Source: Camelus ferus | Lineage: Eukaryota | NCBI RefSeq assembly: GCF_009834535.1 | Contig: NC_045696.1 | Coordinates: 69,256,001-69,320,000, forward strand | Direction: 5' to 3' | Length of the DNA stretch: 64,000 nucleotides | Shown: in pieces, positions 22,895 through 35,603 of the stretch | How positions within the stretch are numbered: the first letter of the stretch is position 1 | How the letters are laid out: each line of letters opens with the position of its first letter | Translations under genes and position numbers: made by a program | The notes under the pieces: model-generated | What the model saw: only the letters and a program-made list of their open reading frames with translations | What the model was told of the DNA's origin: nothing | Database searches by the model: none

Positions 22895-24833
22895 TATCTC
22901 AGTCAGTTCAGGCTGCTGTAACAAATTACCGTAGGCTAAGTGGCCTAAAAAGCAAACATTTACTTCTCACAGTTCTGGAGGCTGGGAAATCCAAGGTCAA
23001 GGCATGAGCAGGTTCAGTTTCTGGTGAGAGCTCACTTCCTGGGATGCAAATGGCCATCTTGTATCTCTCAGGCAGAGAGCAGAGAGGAAGTCTCTAATCC
23101 TGTTTCTGAGGGCTCCACCCTCACAACCTAATTTTTTTTTTAATGGTTTATCCTGACAGATAATTTTAATATGTGAAGCCTTGACCCAATTGAAATCTGA
23201 GTAATTTGTACATGCCACAGGTAATTAAAAGTTTCTAAGTTTTAACAAGAGTTTGCATAATCCTTGGAAAAAGAGCCTGGTGTCTTTGGAGACACACTGA
23301 TGAGAAGCTTTTTCTTTTCTTTTTCTTTTTTTCAGTTACATATTTTTCAGATTATTTTTCATCATAGGTTATTATGAAATATTGAATATAGTTCCCTGTG
23401 CTATACAATAAATCCTTGTTGCTTACCTATTTTATGTATGGCAGTTTGTAGCTATTAATCTTGTACTTCTAATTTATCTCTCCCCTTCGCCCTACTTTCC
23501 CCTTTGGTAACCATAAGTTTGTTATTTATGTCTGTGAGTCTGTTTTCTGTTTTGTGCATAGATTCATTTGCTATTTTTTAGATTCCACATACAAGTGATA
23601 TCATATAATATTTGTCATTCTCTGCCTGACTGACTTCACTAAGTATAATATTCTCTGGATCCATCCATATTGCTGTAATGGTAATATTTCATTCTTTTTT
23701 TATGGCTGAGTAATATTCCATTGTATATATACACCACATCTTTTTTTTTTTAGGTATTTTTGTTTAGTTTTTTAAACATTTTTTATTGATTTATAATCAT
23801 TTTACAATGTTGTGTCAAATTCTCGTGTAGAGAACAATTTTTCAGTTGTGCATGAACATATATATATATTCATTGTCACATTTTTTCCTCTGTGAGCTAC
23901 CATAAGATCTTGTATATATTTTCCTGTGCTATACAGTATAATCTTGTTTATGTATTATACATTTTGAAATCCCAGTCTATCCCTTCCCACAAATTTGTAT
24001 TCTATGTCTGTGAGTCTGTTTCTGTTTTGTATTTATGTTTTGTTTGTTTGGTTTTTTTTTAGATTCCACATATCAGTGATCTAATATGGTATTTTTCTTC
24101 CTCTTTCTGGCTTACTTCACTTAGAATGACATTCTCCAGGAGCATCCATGTTGCTGCAAATGGCATCATGTTGTCAGTTTTTATGGCTGAATAGTATTCC
24201 ATTGTATAAATATACCACATCTTCTTTATCCAGTCATCTGTTCATGGGCACTTGGGTTATTTCCATGTCTTGGCTATTGTAAATAGTGCTGCTATGAACA
24301 TTGGGGTGCATGTATCATGTCAAATTAGAGCTTTCATCTTTCTAAGACATAAACCCAGGAGGGGAATTGCTGGATCATATGGTAACTCTATTTTTAGTTT
24401 TTGAAAGAACCTCCATATTCTTTTCCACAGTGGCTGCATTAACTTACATTCCCACCAATAGTGTAGGAAGGTACCCTTCTCTGCACACCCTCTCAAGCAT
24501 TTATTATTTGTAGACTTTTTTGATGAGATGATGGCCATTCTGACTGGTGTGAAGTGATACCTCATTGTGGTTTTGATTTGCATTTCTCTGATAATTAATG
24601 ATGTTGAGCATCTTTTCATGTGCCTATTGGCCATCTGGATGTCTTCTTTGGAGAAATGTCTATTTAGGTCTTCTGCCCATTTTTTGATTCGGTTGTTTGT
24701 TTTTTGGATATTGAATCCTAACAACCTAATTATGTCCCAAAATCCACACCTCCAAATGCCATCACATTGGGGGTTAGTCTTCAATATATGAATTTGCAGG
24801 GGGTTAGAGGACAGAAACATTCAGTCCATAGCA
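22895..24833 (-). mobile_element. MLT1A-like MaLR LTR split by an L1 insertion (halves 22895-23133 and 24721-24833), itself inside a MIR
   Basis: tcagttcaggctgctgtaacaaattacc...cacagttctggaggctgggaa, resuming as ctccaaatgccatcacattggggg...acattcagtccatagca. MIR halves at ~22862-22894 and ~24834-24915. Confidence 0.85.
23134..24720 (-). mobile_element. Composite 5'-truncated L1 insertion: poly(A), ~170 bp unique segment, older L1 3'UTR, younger L1 3'UTR, ORF2 C-terminus
   Basis: 11-bp TSD ACAACCTAATT at 23123-23133 and 24721-24731. ORF 24320-24820(-) contains [43 protein letters not shown]...[14 protein letters not shown]...[11 protein letters not shown], the L1 ORF2 Cys-rich end. Confidence 0.92.
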
Positions 24834-25911
24834 AATGGAAGCTTAAAACAATTCTTAGATTTCAGGGTTGTAAGGATTAAATGGGATAGTTTATGTGAGT
24901 TGCTCTGTAAACTGCAGGTATCATACAAATGCAGGGAGGCAGCAGAGTTGAGGGGAAAGAGCAGGTGTTTTAGAGACAGGCCTGGTGGGAAGACTTGCTC
25001 GCTACCTGCATATCTAAACCCCAATTTCTATGAAATGCAATGATCCCATCTCCTGCATAAAGCTGTTATGAGATTTAAATGAGATAGTTTTTGTAAAATT
25101 ATAATTCTCTATCAAAATACTAACTACTAAATTCTCTGTCAAAGATAAAGAATATTGGTTCTCTGTCTTTCATCTGCTCCCCACCTTTTGAAGGAAGCAC
25201 TAAATTCAGACATTTGGGAATTTTGCCAGAAATAGAAGAATGTTTGTTGTAACAGGAATTGGCCCAAATTAAACACATAGAGCCTGTCCATATCCAAGAG
25301 TGCCCACCGTTTCCAAAGGTGTCAGTGAAGCCAGCTCAGTGGAAAACAGGCAGAAATGACTTCCCATGAGGTTGACAGGACGCCAAGGGCTGGCTGTCAA
25401 AATGAAGGCCTGTTACCTCAGGGTTCAAAGCACTTGGCTGTGCCCTTTATGGGAGCCTTAGTTGCTTATGTAAGGAAACCCTCCAGGATGTCATGTTTAC
25501 AATCAGGTGCAGATTAGCCCCAAAGGGCTGCCGTGTAAAGGGGACCAGGGGCTGCTAATCCTCTGGTAAGCGTTTCTCCTTTGCACTAATGTAGTATAAT
25601 ATTCTAAGAGACATTCCACCAGATTTCATGTTTTTTCCAACCTGTTTTTACTGTTTTTAGGTCCACATCTCCTGCTTTCCTGTTCTTACTCCTTTTCATT
25701 TACTTTTTAAGCTAATGTACATGTGCAAAAGCTGCACACAATACGGATGCTGTTCCGCCTCCTTCTCACCCGTCCTCTACCCTGACACCCGCCACCCTCC
25801 CCACTGATGGGTGCCCACCAATGCCATGTTCTCATCTCTCTCTTCAGGGATGTTCTTTTCAGCCTATTCTATTTACTCAATTAATAAACACTTACTGAGG
25901 CCCTGTTCTCT

Positions 25912-26415
25912 TGTGGGATTCAGCGGGCCAGCACGCAGGTGGTAAAAGAATTTATTAGACACAGAGTGAGAAAGGAAAGGCGTTTATTGAGGCGCTGTTA
26001 TAGGCAACTGTGGGTCACAGGCGAGAGGTGTCTGTGTGCTCCGAGGGTCAGGTGCCGAGGTCTTTAATAAGGGAGGGTGACCTTTTGCTGCTTGTGCTGA
26101 TGTGACATCAAGCACAAAGGGGTCACAGGGTGTGCGATCAGCTTGTGCACAATTCTCTGACCGGTTGATGTTGAGGTAACAGGGAAGGGAGAGGGTCATG
26201 AAAGGGTAGGGATTTGTGACTCTGTTAGGGGCTTGTGACTGGTCCTGGTGGCCAGGCTTCCAGTCACTGTGAGGTTGATCACTGTCTAGAGTAGTTAGTT
26301 CACCTAAGGCAGATAGATGTTAAGAAGGGAATGTTCTTTGTTATCTTTAAAGGGCAGCCACTGGACACTCAAGGCGCCTTGGAGCAGGAATCTGCCAGAT
26401 GTCTGTGGACCCACA
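25912..26415 (-). mobile_element. Solo ERV LTR (504 bp), probably class II/ERVK-like, inserted in an L2 tail
   Basis: TGTGGG...CCCACA inverted termini; 6-bp flanks TTCTCT/TGCTCT; minus-strand TATTAAA and two AATAAA (tttatt on +). L2 sequence resumes after it (ctaggtattggggacagagcagtga). Confidence 0.8.
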
Positions 26416-29400
26416 TGCTCTAGGTATTGGGGACAGAGCAGTGACCAAAAAGAAGTCCAAAATTCCTGCCCTTAAACAGTTCACATTTAAACAGTACTTC
26501 CATTCTTACTTTTTGTATGTGCATTTTCTGCTTTTATAACCATGTCTACCCCTGCCTGCTTGAGTACATCAGTCATTATTTGTTATATATGCTTTTCTAT
26601 ACCGGGCTTTTCCTACTTAATTCTGCATCTAGGAGGTTAATAAGGAGCAGGTTTAAATCTAGCCCAGAGGCCTTTTTGTTTGGGTCACCTCAGCCCCAGA
26701 CGGCAGACTTGGCCAGAAGGAAGGTAAAGCCTGCAAGTGACTCCTGCCCAGACAGGGAGGAAGGAAAGGGCGGCATTGCTAAGCCGTCTTTTGGGGAACA
26801 GGCTTGGTAAGCAGGTCCAGATTCCCGCAGGAGGGTTAGTGTTGAATTACCCTCGGCTCTTGATGTTCTTGGTGCCAGAAACCCAGTTCAAAGGGGCTTA
26901 AGCAAGAAACGGGATCTATCAGCTCTCAAAAGTGGTAGGGACTCAGGGGCAGCTCCCAGAACAGGAAGAGACAAAAGAATCAGCTTGAGGCGCCCAGGTT
27001 ATGTCTAGCTCCCCATCTGTCCCTCTCTCTGCGTGTCTGGCTCAGCGGCATGTTGGCCTCCATCTGCCCCCAGCAAGCAGACCCTTTGCATTTTGTGGGG
27101 GAACATGGGTGCTACAGGTCAGGCAAGGGCACCTGTTGTCCAGGACAGGGTCACATGCTCAGCCTTTTGTCAGGGGGATGGTCTCTTACCAGGAGAAGGG
27201 GCATGGGAAAGTTCTCCAAACAGATAGCAGGAGTTACTAAGCCATGTTTAATGGGCCTCTGCAATCACTCATCAGGGTGGCATCCATGTGAGTCTAATGT
27301 TTCTTGGGCCAAATGGCATGCCTAAAACTTAAGTTAGAATGGAAATTTCCAGAGCTATTTTAGAGAGCTTTTTTCGACTTGTTTTTTGCTACACCGACCA
27401 ATCATTTTTTCACTGATTCAGTCCTTCATCCAACATTAATAAGCACTTACTGTATGCCAGGCACTGTTCTGGGCTTCTGAAGATACCTTGCTGAATGAAT
27501 GATACCTGGTCCCTGGTCTGGAAAGAGATGCAGTCCCTGGCCCAAAGGCATGGGGAAAAGAAATGGGCAAACAGCCCCTGAGATGGTGATTACACATGGG
27601 CTGTGGAGAGCAGGATGTGTGCAGATGCCGTGGGAAGAGAGGTGGGGCAGCTAACTCTTGGGGTGCACACAAGCAGAGCCTTAGAGAATTGGGGGCGGGT
27701 GGCTTGAGATATTTACAGAATTCTTGTGGGCACCATAAGTAGAAAGCAAATTTAGCTAACCCCAGTGAAAAAGAGCATGATACGATTACTGCAGCATTCT
27801 GGAAATCCCAGAGTCAGGACCTGGAGGACCGAAGGCAACTCAGGCAGCAGTGCTCTCTCTCCGCCTCTTGCCTTTACTTCCGTGTCTCTGTCTTTTTGTC
27901 TGTCTCTCTCTCCAACCACCTCACCCCACAGACCAGCTTTCCCTCCCCTCAGCCCTCACGTAGGAGCGTGGCAGGTGGAAGGGAAAGGTGAAGGCAGTGG
28001 GAAGATATGATGGGGAGGTGGACAAGGCTAATGGAAAAGTCCAGAGTTCCATGCAGGAGCCCCTGCACAAGGAGGGAGCCACATGGAGGCCAGGCCAGGC
28101 CCAGGAGCCTTCCCATGAAGGAGAGTGAGGTTGACCACGGCAAAGGGGGTCCGGTTAGTCCAAGGAGCAGGAAGGTGAAACTGCCTGACCTCCAAGAGGA
28201 AGGATTCCTGCCCGAGGGGCCACCTGGCAGAAAAAATGTCCCAGGGAGCTAAGGGAGGGAGGACAACTGTAAGCCAGAAGGACACAAAGCTAAAAATGAT
28301 AGTTTGTATTTGTTGAGCCCAGACTCAAGCTAAGCACTTTTCATGGTTGATGGTACCTCATCCTTGCACATTGATCCTGATAAATGGGGATTATTGCCTG
28401 TTTAACAGAAGTGCCAGCTGATGTTCAGGGAAATTAACAAGTCACCCAAAGTCACACACTTCGTAAGTGACAGAGCCAGAATTCAACTCCAAGCAGTTTG
28501 AATTTAGAACTGTTACTTCACACTGTCTTACCACTTAGCTGTGTGTTTGGGGAAAATTAACTTGCCTAAGCTTCACTGTCCTTATCTAAAGACATGTTTA
28601 TAATAACAGTATCTATATTCTGGGTTTTTGAGAACATTCCATGGGACAAGGCGTTTGGAGGAGCCAGCACGCAGGGACCAAAGAATGGCAGCTATTATTA
28701 TGTGATGCTTTCTAAGGGACAAGCATCCCAGATCCACCCTGGATGAAGTTTCCTCGAACCCTGTGCTGGCATCCCGGGCTGCGTGGTCCTCTGCCCTCAG
28801 ATCTCTCCAGCGGAGGGTGGCTCGGGATGGACCCTGACCCACAAAGTCTCCAACAATGAGGAGGTCCTCATTAGAGGCAGTGCAAGGCCCTTGGTCCCCC
28901 GGGTAATGGGATGCACCTGCCTCTTGTTCTTCTGGGCCAAGCCCTACTGGGCTCAGAGGGGAACCCTCTGCCCGACACTCAGAGGGACCCTCCTGGGCTG
29001 GCCTGTGAACTGCTGGCGGTGGGTGGTGGGTGGTCCCTCTAGCTCGTGAGAACAGATGGGGCTCTCCAAGCTGTTTGAAGGTGGCAGCTTGATGTATATT
29101 AACTGGCAAACTTCTCATCGTGTAGAGGCGGCCCGGAAGGAGGCCTGCAGTTGTGAGTGGGCGAAGGGGACCACAGAGGGAAGTTGGCAAGCACCAGGCA
29201 CTGAGTAGGCAGAGGCAAGGGCAGAACAGTGGGCTAGCGAGCTCGGGAGGTGGGGAGGTGAAACAGCTCGGCTCAGGGCCCACTTGGCCCCCACTCCTCA
29301 CCAAGGGAAGCGTACTGGATAACATTTGCTTAACTAGCCTCGTAGAAACAGTGTTGTGGGGGCCTGCAGTCAGCATGTGGGGCTGCAAGAGGCCTTGCCG

Positions 29401-30054
29401 CTCTCCTGGTGCAACGTGCAGGCGCGAGGCCGAGGTCCGGGGTCAGGGAGACTCGTCCGTAGTGCACAGGCCCCTGTCTTCATCCTGGTCGGTGGCTAAA
29501 GGCAACCTCTCTATAAATAAATCCACGTATTTAGACTTTGCTTCTTTTTTTTAGTTTTAAAAGTATGATGATCAATGCAAATGAAGTTTTGAAAGAAAAG
29601 AAAAAATCCTTTCATACCCTAATTATGATCATTTTGTCCTTTCATTTTCAGGCCATTAAAATATATTTTTTTTATGCAATTGTCATTATAAAGGGGAGAA
29701 TATTCTGTTTTCCCATTCAATAGCATGATATTTTCTCATGCTACAGTCTTGAGTTGTCACCAAAAAAAAAACCAAAAAACAAAAAACACAACAAACAAAA
29801 AACCCCATAGTTGGACAGTAAATCAATGCTCAATGACACAGAATTGAACTTATGAAATGAGGCTGGTCTGAATTTAGTTATGACTTCCTCAGTGACAGCT
29901 TCATGCCTGTCTGGTGTCCCTCTTATCCTGTCAGGACCCATCATATTTTACAAGAAGATGATTTATAGCCAAAATGAGAAACAGGATTGGGCAGGAAACT
30001 GGCTGGGTTTTGCCTGGAACCCCAGACATTATCGATGTTTATGCTCTGTTAGAA

Positions 30055-30232
30055 CAATGGTTCTCAGCGCTGGTGCACATTAGAATCACTGGGGGAACTT
30101 AAAATAAAATATTTGTGCCTAGACCCTGTGCCAACAGATTCTGATTTCATTGTTTTGGGTTGGAATCCAGCTGGAAGTATTTTTTTCAAAGTTTCCAGGA
30201 TCCTCATGTGCAGCCAAGATGGAGAATCACAG
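30055..30232. mobile_element. MER5A-like hAT-Charlie MITE
   Basis: caatggttctca...tgcacattagaatcact...cagattctgatt...tgtgcagccaagatggagaatcac. Confidence 0.8.
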
Positions 30233-31234
30233 GTGTAATAGGCTGAATCCTTAGACAGAGCCTCACTACATGTCTCAGAGACTATGGGCAGATTAATTAG
30301 AACCCTGTCCTATAACAGAGTCGAAACTTTTGTCATCCATAGACTGTGACAGCCGCAATTTGCAAAACATCCTCAAAATTGTTTGGCAGAATATGGCTAA
30401 GCATAGTGGGTGGGTTGTTTAATGGGAAGGGAATTAAGGTTATCAGAGGGAGGCCTGAGAGTGTATTTTGAAGGGGTGGGGGTGACGCAGAAGATTTATT
30501 CCTGGACCACAAGAGGGCTTCAATGGCTTTCTGAGTCTGAGGCTCAACAAAATTTAAAAGACCTGTGTGGTGTGTTGTCCAGGGAACAATGTGTGCAGTG
30601 TCCATCTCAGCTGGGCTTGTGCTGGGTGCCCCTAGGTTTCCCTCACATCCCTCGTGAACTAGACTCCTCCAGCCCAGAACCTGCAGGAAGCTTCCAGGTG
30701 GTTGGGGAAGTGTGCTCCTGGCACAGGAGGTTCTGGTCCACAAATGTCCATCTGTTGTCAGTGAGCTCGGAACAGAGTCACCTGTGCTTCTTCCATCTGT
30801 CTTCTCTTCAGTTTTTAAAAATTGTCTCAAAAGTTTTCCTTCCCCTCAAGTTTGGAAAGCTTTGCCAAGACTGATTTGGCACATTCTACTTCACTGGTCA
30901 ACACTGTGTTCCGGCGTTTCCTTGATGTTCTGTGTCTGTGTCTTCTTGAGGCTGCCCATTTCCCTCGAGGGACTGGAGAGGGGAGGGGAAATCAGTTCAA
31001 CTCAGCCAAAGCTGTCTGAGCATCTGCTCTGCCGTGAACAGTGATTGGCAGAGTCTTGTAGATGATGAGGCAAACTCCTCGCCCTTCCCAACCAAGCTGT
31101 GCGTCAGACTGTGATGAGCCTCTGACAGGCACAGAGCTGTGGGAGCACAGGCGAGGGGACAGTGCATTCAGTCCAAGGGCTCAGTGCTCTCTCCCCTGAG
31201 GAGGAGTGTTTGAGCTGCACTTAGAATGAGGATG

Positions 31235-31770
31235 TTTCAGAAATCTATCATTGTGTAACAAATCATGCCAAAACGTAGTGGCTTCAAAAAACAATTTACT
31301 CTACTCTCTCATTGTTCGGTGAGTTAATTGGGCTCTCTGGGTGGTGCTCACTTGGGGTCTCCCATGGGGTTGCAGTCAAGTTGCGGCTGGTGCTGGGGTC
31401 ATCCACAGGCTCCTCTGGGCTAGGCATCCAAGATGGTGTCAACACTCACACATCTGGCACCTCGTCTGGATGGTTGGAGCAGTCTGGGCTGTGCAAGGTT
31501 TCTCCAGCTTGGCTAGCTGGGCTTCCTCAGAGCGTGGCAAACTCAGGGTAGTCAAACCTCTTACGTGGCAGCTGACTTTTCTCAGAGCATCATTCCACAA
31601 GACTAAGAGGGAAGCCGCCAGGCTTCTTATGTCCTAACCTTGGGACTTAGGCAATGTCACCTCTACTGCATTCTCTTGAGCAGGTCAGATCCAAATGGGA
31701 GGGGATTCACAAGGGCATGATGACCAGGAAACATGATTCACTGGGGAGGCTCTTTGGAGTCCAGCAGCCA
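31235..31770 (-). mobile_element. Old MLT1-family LTR
   Basis: tgtgtaacaaatcatgccaaaacgtagtggcttca...catccaagatgg...ggcaatgtcacctctactgcattct. Confidence 0.7.
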
Positions 31771-32209
31771 CCGGAGAGGATTTCAACACCCAACATGGGA
31801 GGAAGGACACTTAGGATTTTAACATTTTAATATCATATTTTCCACATTACTTTCTGGTTTATATTGCTTACTACTAAATTGGTAGCAATTTTTCTAATGA
31901 CAGTATGGTACTAATGGACATTTCTCTGACCTCTTAGCTAAACAAATATGTAGGTAACTACAGTTGTAGCTGGGAAGTCAAGCATAATTTTAAGCTTAAA
32001 AAATAAATTATCAAACATACTCAGTATTTTTTCTTTTGCCAGGTAGATTATAAAGTATTTTACACATTTAGATACACTAAGATGATATATAATCACTGCA
32101 GAAAATTCATAAAAGCATCAAAAAAAGACAAAAAGACAAAACAGGCAAATCCCATCAACATTATGGGCTTATTTTGGGGATGATTTGTTTGTACAAATAC
32201 ATATTTTTT

Positions 32210-33410
32210 AAATAAATAAAATAATTCTTAAAGAAGAAAGATGGGAGGAGGGAAGTATCCTTGGCAGAAGAGATCTCATGAGCAAAGGACAGGTATGTAG
32301 AGGGGAGGGGGTTTTGTTTTGATTACTTAAAGACCTAAATAAAATATAAGACTGGAAAGGTAAGTGGAGGTTAGATCCTGGAGGAATGAGGAATTTATTG
32401 TATAGATAATAGGGAACCACTGCATGTTGCAGGGTTGGGAAATCCACATAATTAGATCAGCACTTCGTTTTTAGCACTCTTGAAAAGTGTGGAGGATGAT
32501 TTGGAAGATGGGAGAGCCTGGAGGCAAAGGAATCCTTCAGAAACTGAGTGTACCAGGCCAGGTGAGCAAGGCCAAGTTCCAGTAAGGGCAGCGCTGTGGG
32601 GGTCAGGGGGCAAGGGTGAAGGATGGATGCAGGGAACGGCTCAGAAACAAAACTGATAGAATGAAGCAGTTGACCACCTGTGGGAAAAGAGGAAGAAGGT
32701 GAAGTAGAAGATGAGACTGGGGTTTCAAGACACGGTGACAGGTAGGCGAGGAGCCTGAAAACTGTAATAAATCTGCAGGATTCAAAATCATCAGCCAGCA
32801 GAAGGCAGGTGGAAGCCTTGGAAAGGATGGGCCACTGGAAAAGCACTGTTACTCTAGGGACATAAGAATCTCCTGGAGAAGTTACTATAATGAATAGACT
32901 AGACTTCGAGAGTCTGATTCAGCAGGTCTGGGTGGGTCCTGGGACCTACAATTTTAACACATACCCCAGGTGACTGTGATGCTGGTCCTAGAAAGCTGGT
33001 TTGGGAAACTGGTGGATAATGAAGATCATACTGCTTAGCATGCTTGGGAAGTTTGACATTAAGTTTGTAGAAGGAGGACGAGGAGCCGGAGGAGTGAGGG
33101 CAGTTACCACGAGGATCTGTCTTGTCCTTACCAGGACAACGGGAGCGAGGGCTCCAGGGAGGAAGGAGCAGGCAAGTCGGCCGCATGCTGCAGATTAAAT
33201 GAGGCAGAGAACATTTTGCAGGTTTCGTTCATGAGGACTTTTGTGGCCTTGGGGAAGTAGAATTCAGAGCACAAGGAACTAAGGAAGGAATGGTGGTGAG
33301 GATAAAGGCAGGTAGGGGTAGATGACTCTTCTCCGCAGTGTGGAGAAGGGAGGAGAAGGAGAAATTGATGACAGAGCCATGGGGAGCATCATTTCAGGAT
33401 GAAGGGGGGA
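32210..33410 (-). mobile_element. L2 fragment with nested MER5A-like MITE (~32840-33010)
   Basis: Purine-rich antisense L2 motifs (gggaaccactg, gatcagcacttcgtttt, agtttgtagaagg); MER5A motifs agaatctcctggaga...tctgattcagcaggtctggg...ccccaggtga. Confidence 0.6.
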
Positions 33411-33759
33411 GATGGAGAGAAGATGAGAGAGAGGGAGAGGGAAGACAACGGGAGAGCTTTGGGGCTTTTATATCTGGCTTCTAATCCTGATTTCCTTTCC
33501 CAGCTGTGTGGCCCTGAGCAAGTGACTGAATCTCTCGGAACTTCAGTTTTTCATCTGTATAGCAAGGATTCTGCCATCTACGCCACTGGACTGTGGCTGG
33601 AATTACAGCACAAGACACAGTCCCTGGTCTCACGCCACTGGGGCTAAGGTTGCTCCTGCGGCTGATTAATGAGGACGGAATGAGGAAGCAGATGTAACAA
33701 CACAAATAATAGTGATATCTGATACTGGAAAAACAAAGGGGATCACCTTTTTAAAGCTA

Positions 33760-34770
33760 TATTTAAAAATTTTAAAACAGATACAAAAGGAGAGAGACTA
33801 CCATAATGAACATTTAAATACTCTCCCCTAGATTTAATCACCCCTAACATTTTTGTCACACTGGCTTCATCTGTTCTTTTTTGTTGTTGCTGAAATATTT
33901 TAAAACAAATCCCAGACCTCCTATCGTTTCATCCTTTTATATCTAAAAAAAAAAAAAAAAACCCTGGTATTTTAAACATTGCTTGCATCTTCACAATGTA
34001 ATTACACACTTAACAAATAGTCATTCGCTCTTTGGTAGCGTCTAATATCCAGTTCATAATCAAGTTTCCCCAGTTGTGTAAAAACTGATTTGTCTAGTCC
34101 AATCCAGTGCATCCCTGTGCTGCATTTGGTTCATATGTCTTTAATGTCTCTTAATCTGAAACAGTTCCTCCTCCCCCTTTTGCTCAATGGAATGAGTCAC
34201 ATTGGCATTTGTCTTGTTGGGTTACTCACGGTGTCACTTAACTTGTCCCTTATCCCCTGAAGTTCCTTTGACTAGAGGTTAATTTGAAAGGCTTTCTTAG
34301 GATCAGCTTCTGTGGGGGACACACCGCTCATGGCTGTGCTCTGTGTTTCATGTGCCGTTGTCCAGTGCAACCTTGGCTACTCGTTACAATCTGTTGGAGC
34401 ACTTTTTTAACAGTCTCTATTCCTAGGCTGCACCCTAGACCTTTTAAATCATAATTGGTGTGGATGGGCCCCAGGCATCAGCGTTTGTTAAAGCTCCCAG
34501 GTGGTTCTGATGTGCAGGTGAGGTGCCAGCCACCACTGTTTCGTCTCCTCAGGAGGCCTGTACGTTGGTTGTCTCATCCTTAGTGATCTCGCCAAGATGA
34601 AACAGTGGCCTCAGGTGGTGGCAGCCACACGTCTCCAGGTAAAGTTCTCCGTTAACAAGCCATCTGAGTCTTTCATCCACTGGTGATTTTCACCTGAAAC
34701 AAAGAGGGTTGCAAAAGTATGATCTTCTAACTCTGCATTCTGTTCACATTTTTAAAGTGGGAATTCTTCT
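33760..34770 (-). mobile_element. L1MC-like fragment with nested MER5A-like MITE (~34365-34540)
   Basis: taacatttttgtcacactggcttcatct...acaaatcccagac; MER5A ccccaggcatcagcgtttgttaaagctcccaggtggttctgatgtgcag. Confidence 0.6.
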
Positions 34771-34790
34771 ATGTAAAAGAACTTTCTTTT

Positions 34791-35077
34791 TTCTTTTTAA
34801 TGGAAGTATAATTGATTTACCATGTTGTGTTAGTTTCTGGTATACAGCGTAGTAATTCAGTTATACCTATATATTCTTTTTCAGATTCTTTTCCATTATA
34901 AGTTATTACAAGATATTGAACATAGTTCCCTGTCCTATACAGTAGGACTGTGTACTATTTTATATATAGCAATGTGTATCCGTTAATCCCAAACTTCTAA
35001 TTTATCCCTCCCCCTACCCTTTTCCCTTTTGGTAAACATACTTTTGTTTTCTGTGTCCGTGAGTCTGTTTCTATTTA
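34791..35077 (-). mobile_element. Short 5'-truncated L1 3'UTR with 17-bp TSD
   Basis: gaagtataattgatttac...gttattacaagatattgaa...gagtctgtttct; TSD TAAAAGAACTTTCTTTT at 34774-34790 and 35078-35094. Confidence 0.9.
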
Positions 35078-35580
35078 TAAAAGAACTTTCTTTTATTTAC
35101 CTGGACTATGTAGTTACCCCTTAATCTGTATTTAGATCAAATCAAGAAAAATGATCACATCTTTTTCTGAGACCATTTGAAGGGGATGAGGGTTGAGGAT
35201 GCCAGCACTCTAGGAGGTGAAGGTCAGAAGAGAGGAGGTGGGAGCTCCCGTTACAGCATGAGTCAGATCACCCTCAGCAAGGGAGGGAGGCAGAAAAAGA
35301 ATGCCTGGAGGACATGCTGTTGGGAAGGTGGCAAGCAGTTAATTATCAAGAAAAGAAGTGCTGAGTGGCCAAGGGTCCAGCTGGGATCAGAGTGTGAATT
35401 TGTGTTGGAACCACCGCTGGCAAATTCCTCCAGCAATGGTCAGCAGCAGAAGAGCATTTGTCCAGCCTGGCCAGCACTGCGTGGGCAAGGTCAGAACTGA
35501 AGGAGAAGCGGGCGCGGGAGTCAGGGTGCAGGCAAGACCATCGCTACAGTAGCATCTCTGTTCGTGTGTCCAGTTTCCCT

Positions 35581-35603
35581 CCCCCCCCCCCCCCCCCCCC
35601 CCC
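35581..35603. repeat. Poly(C)23 homopolymer
   Basis: 23 consecutive C. Confidence 0.95.

Noticed and set aside
24320..24820. 166-aa ORF as a host gene
   Set aside because: Chance fusion of MLT1A sequence with an L1 ORF2 C-terminal fragment from a 5'-truncated copy.
28582..29388. Longest ORF in the track (268 aa, minus strand)
   Set aside because: No recognisable domain; rich in Pro/Leu/Ser/Arg as expected for GC-rich non-coding DNA; runs into MIR sequence at its 3' end.
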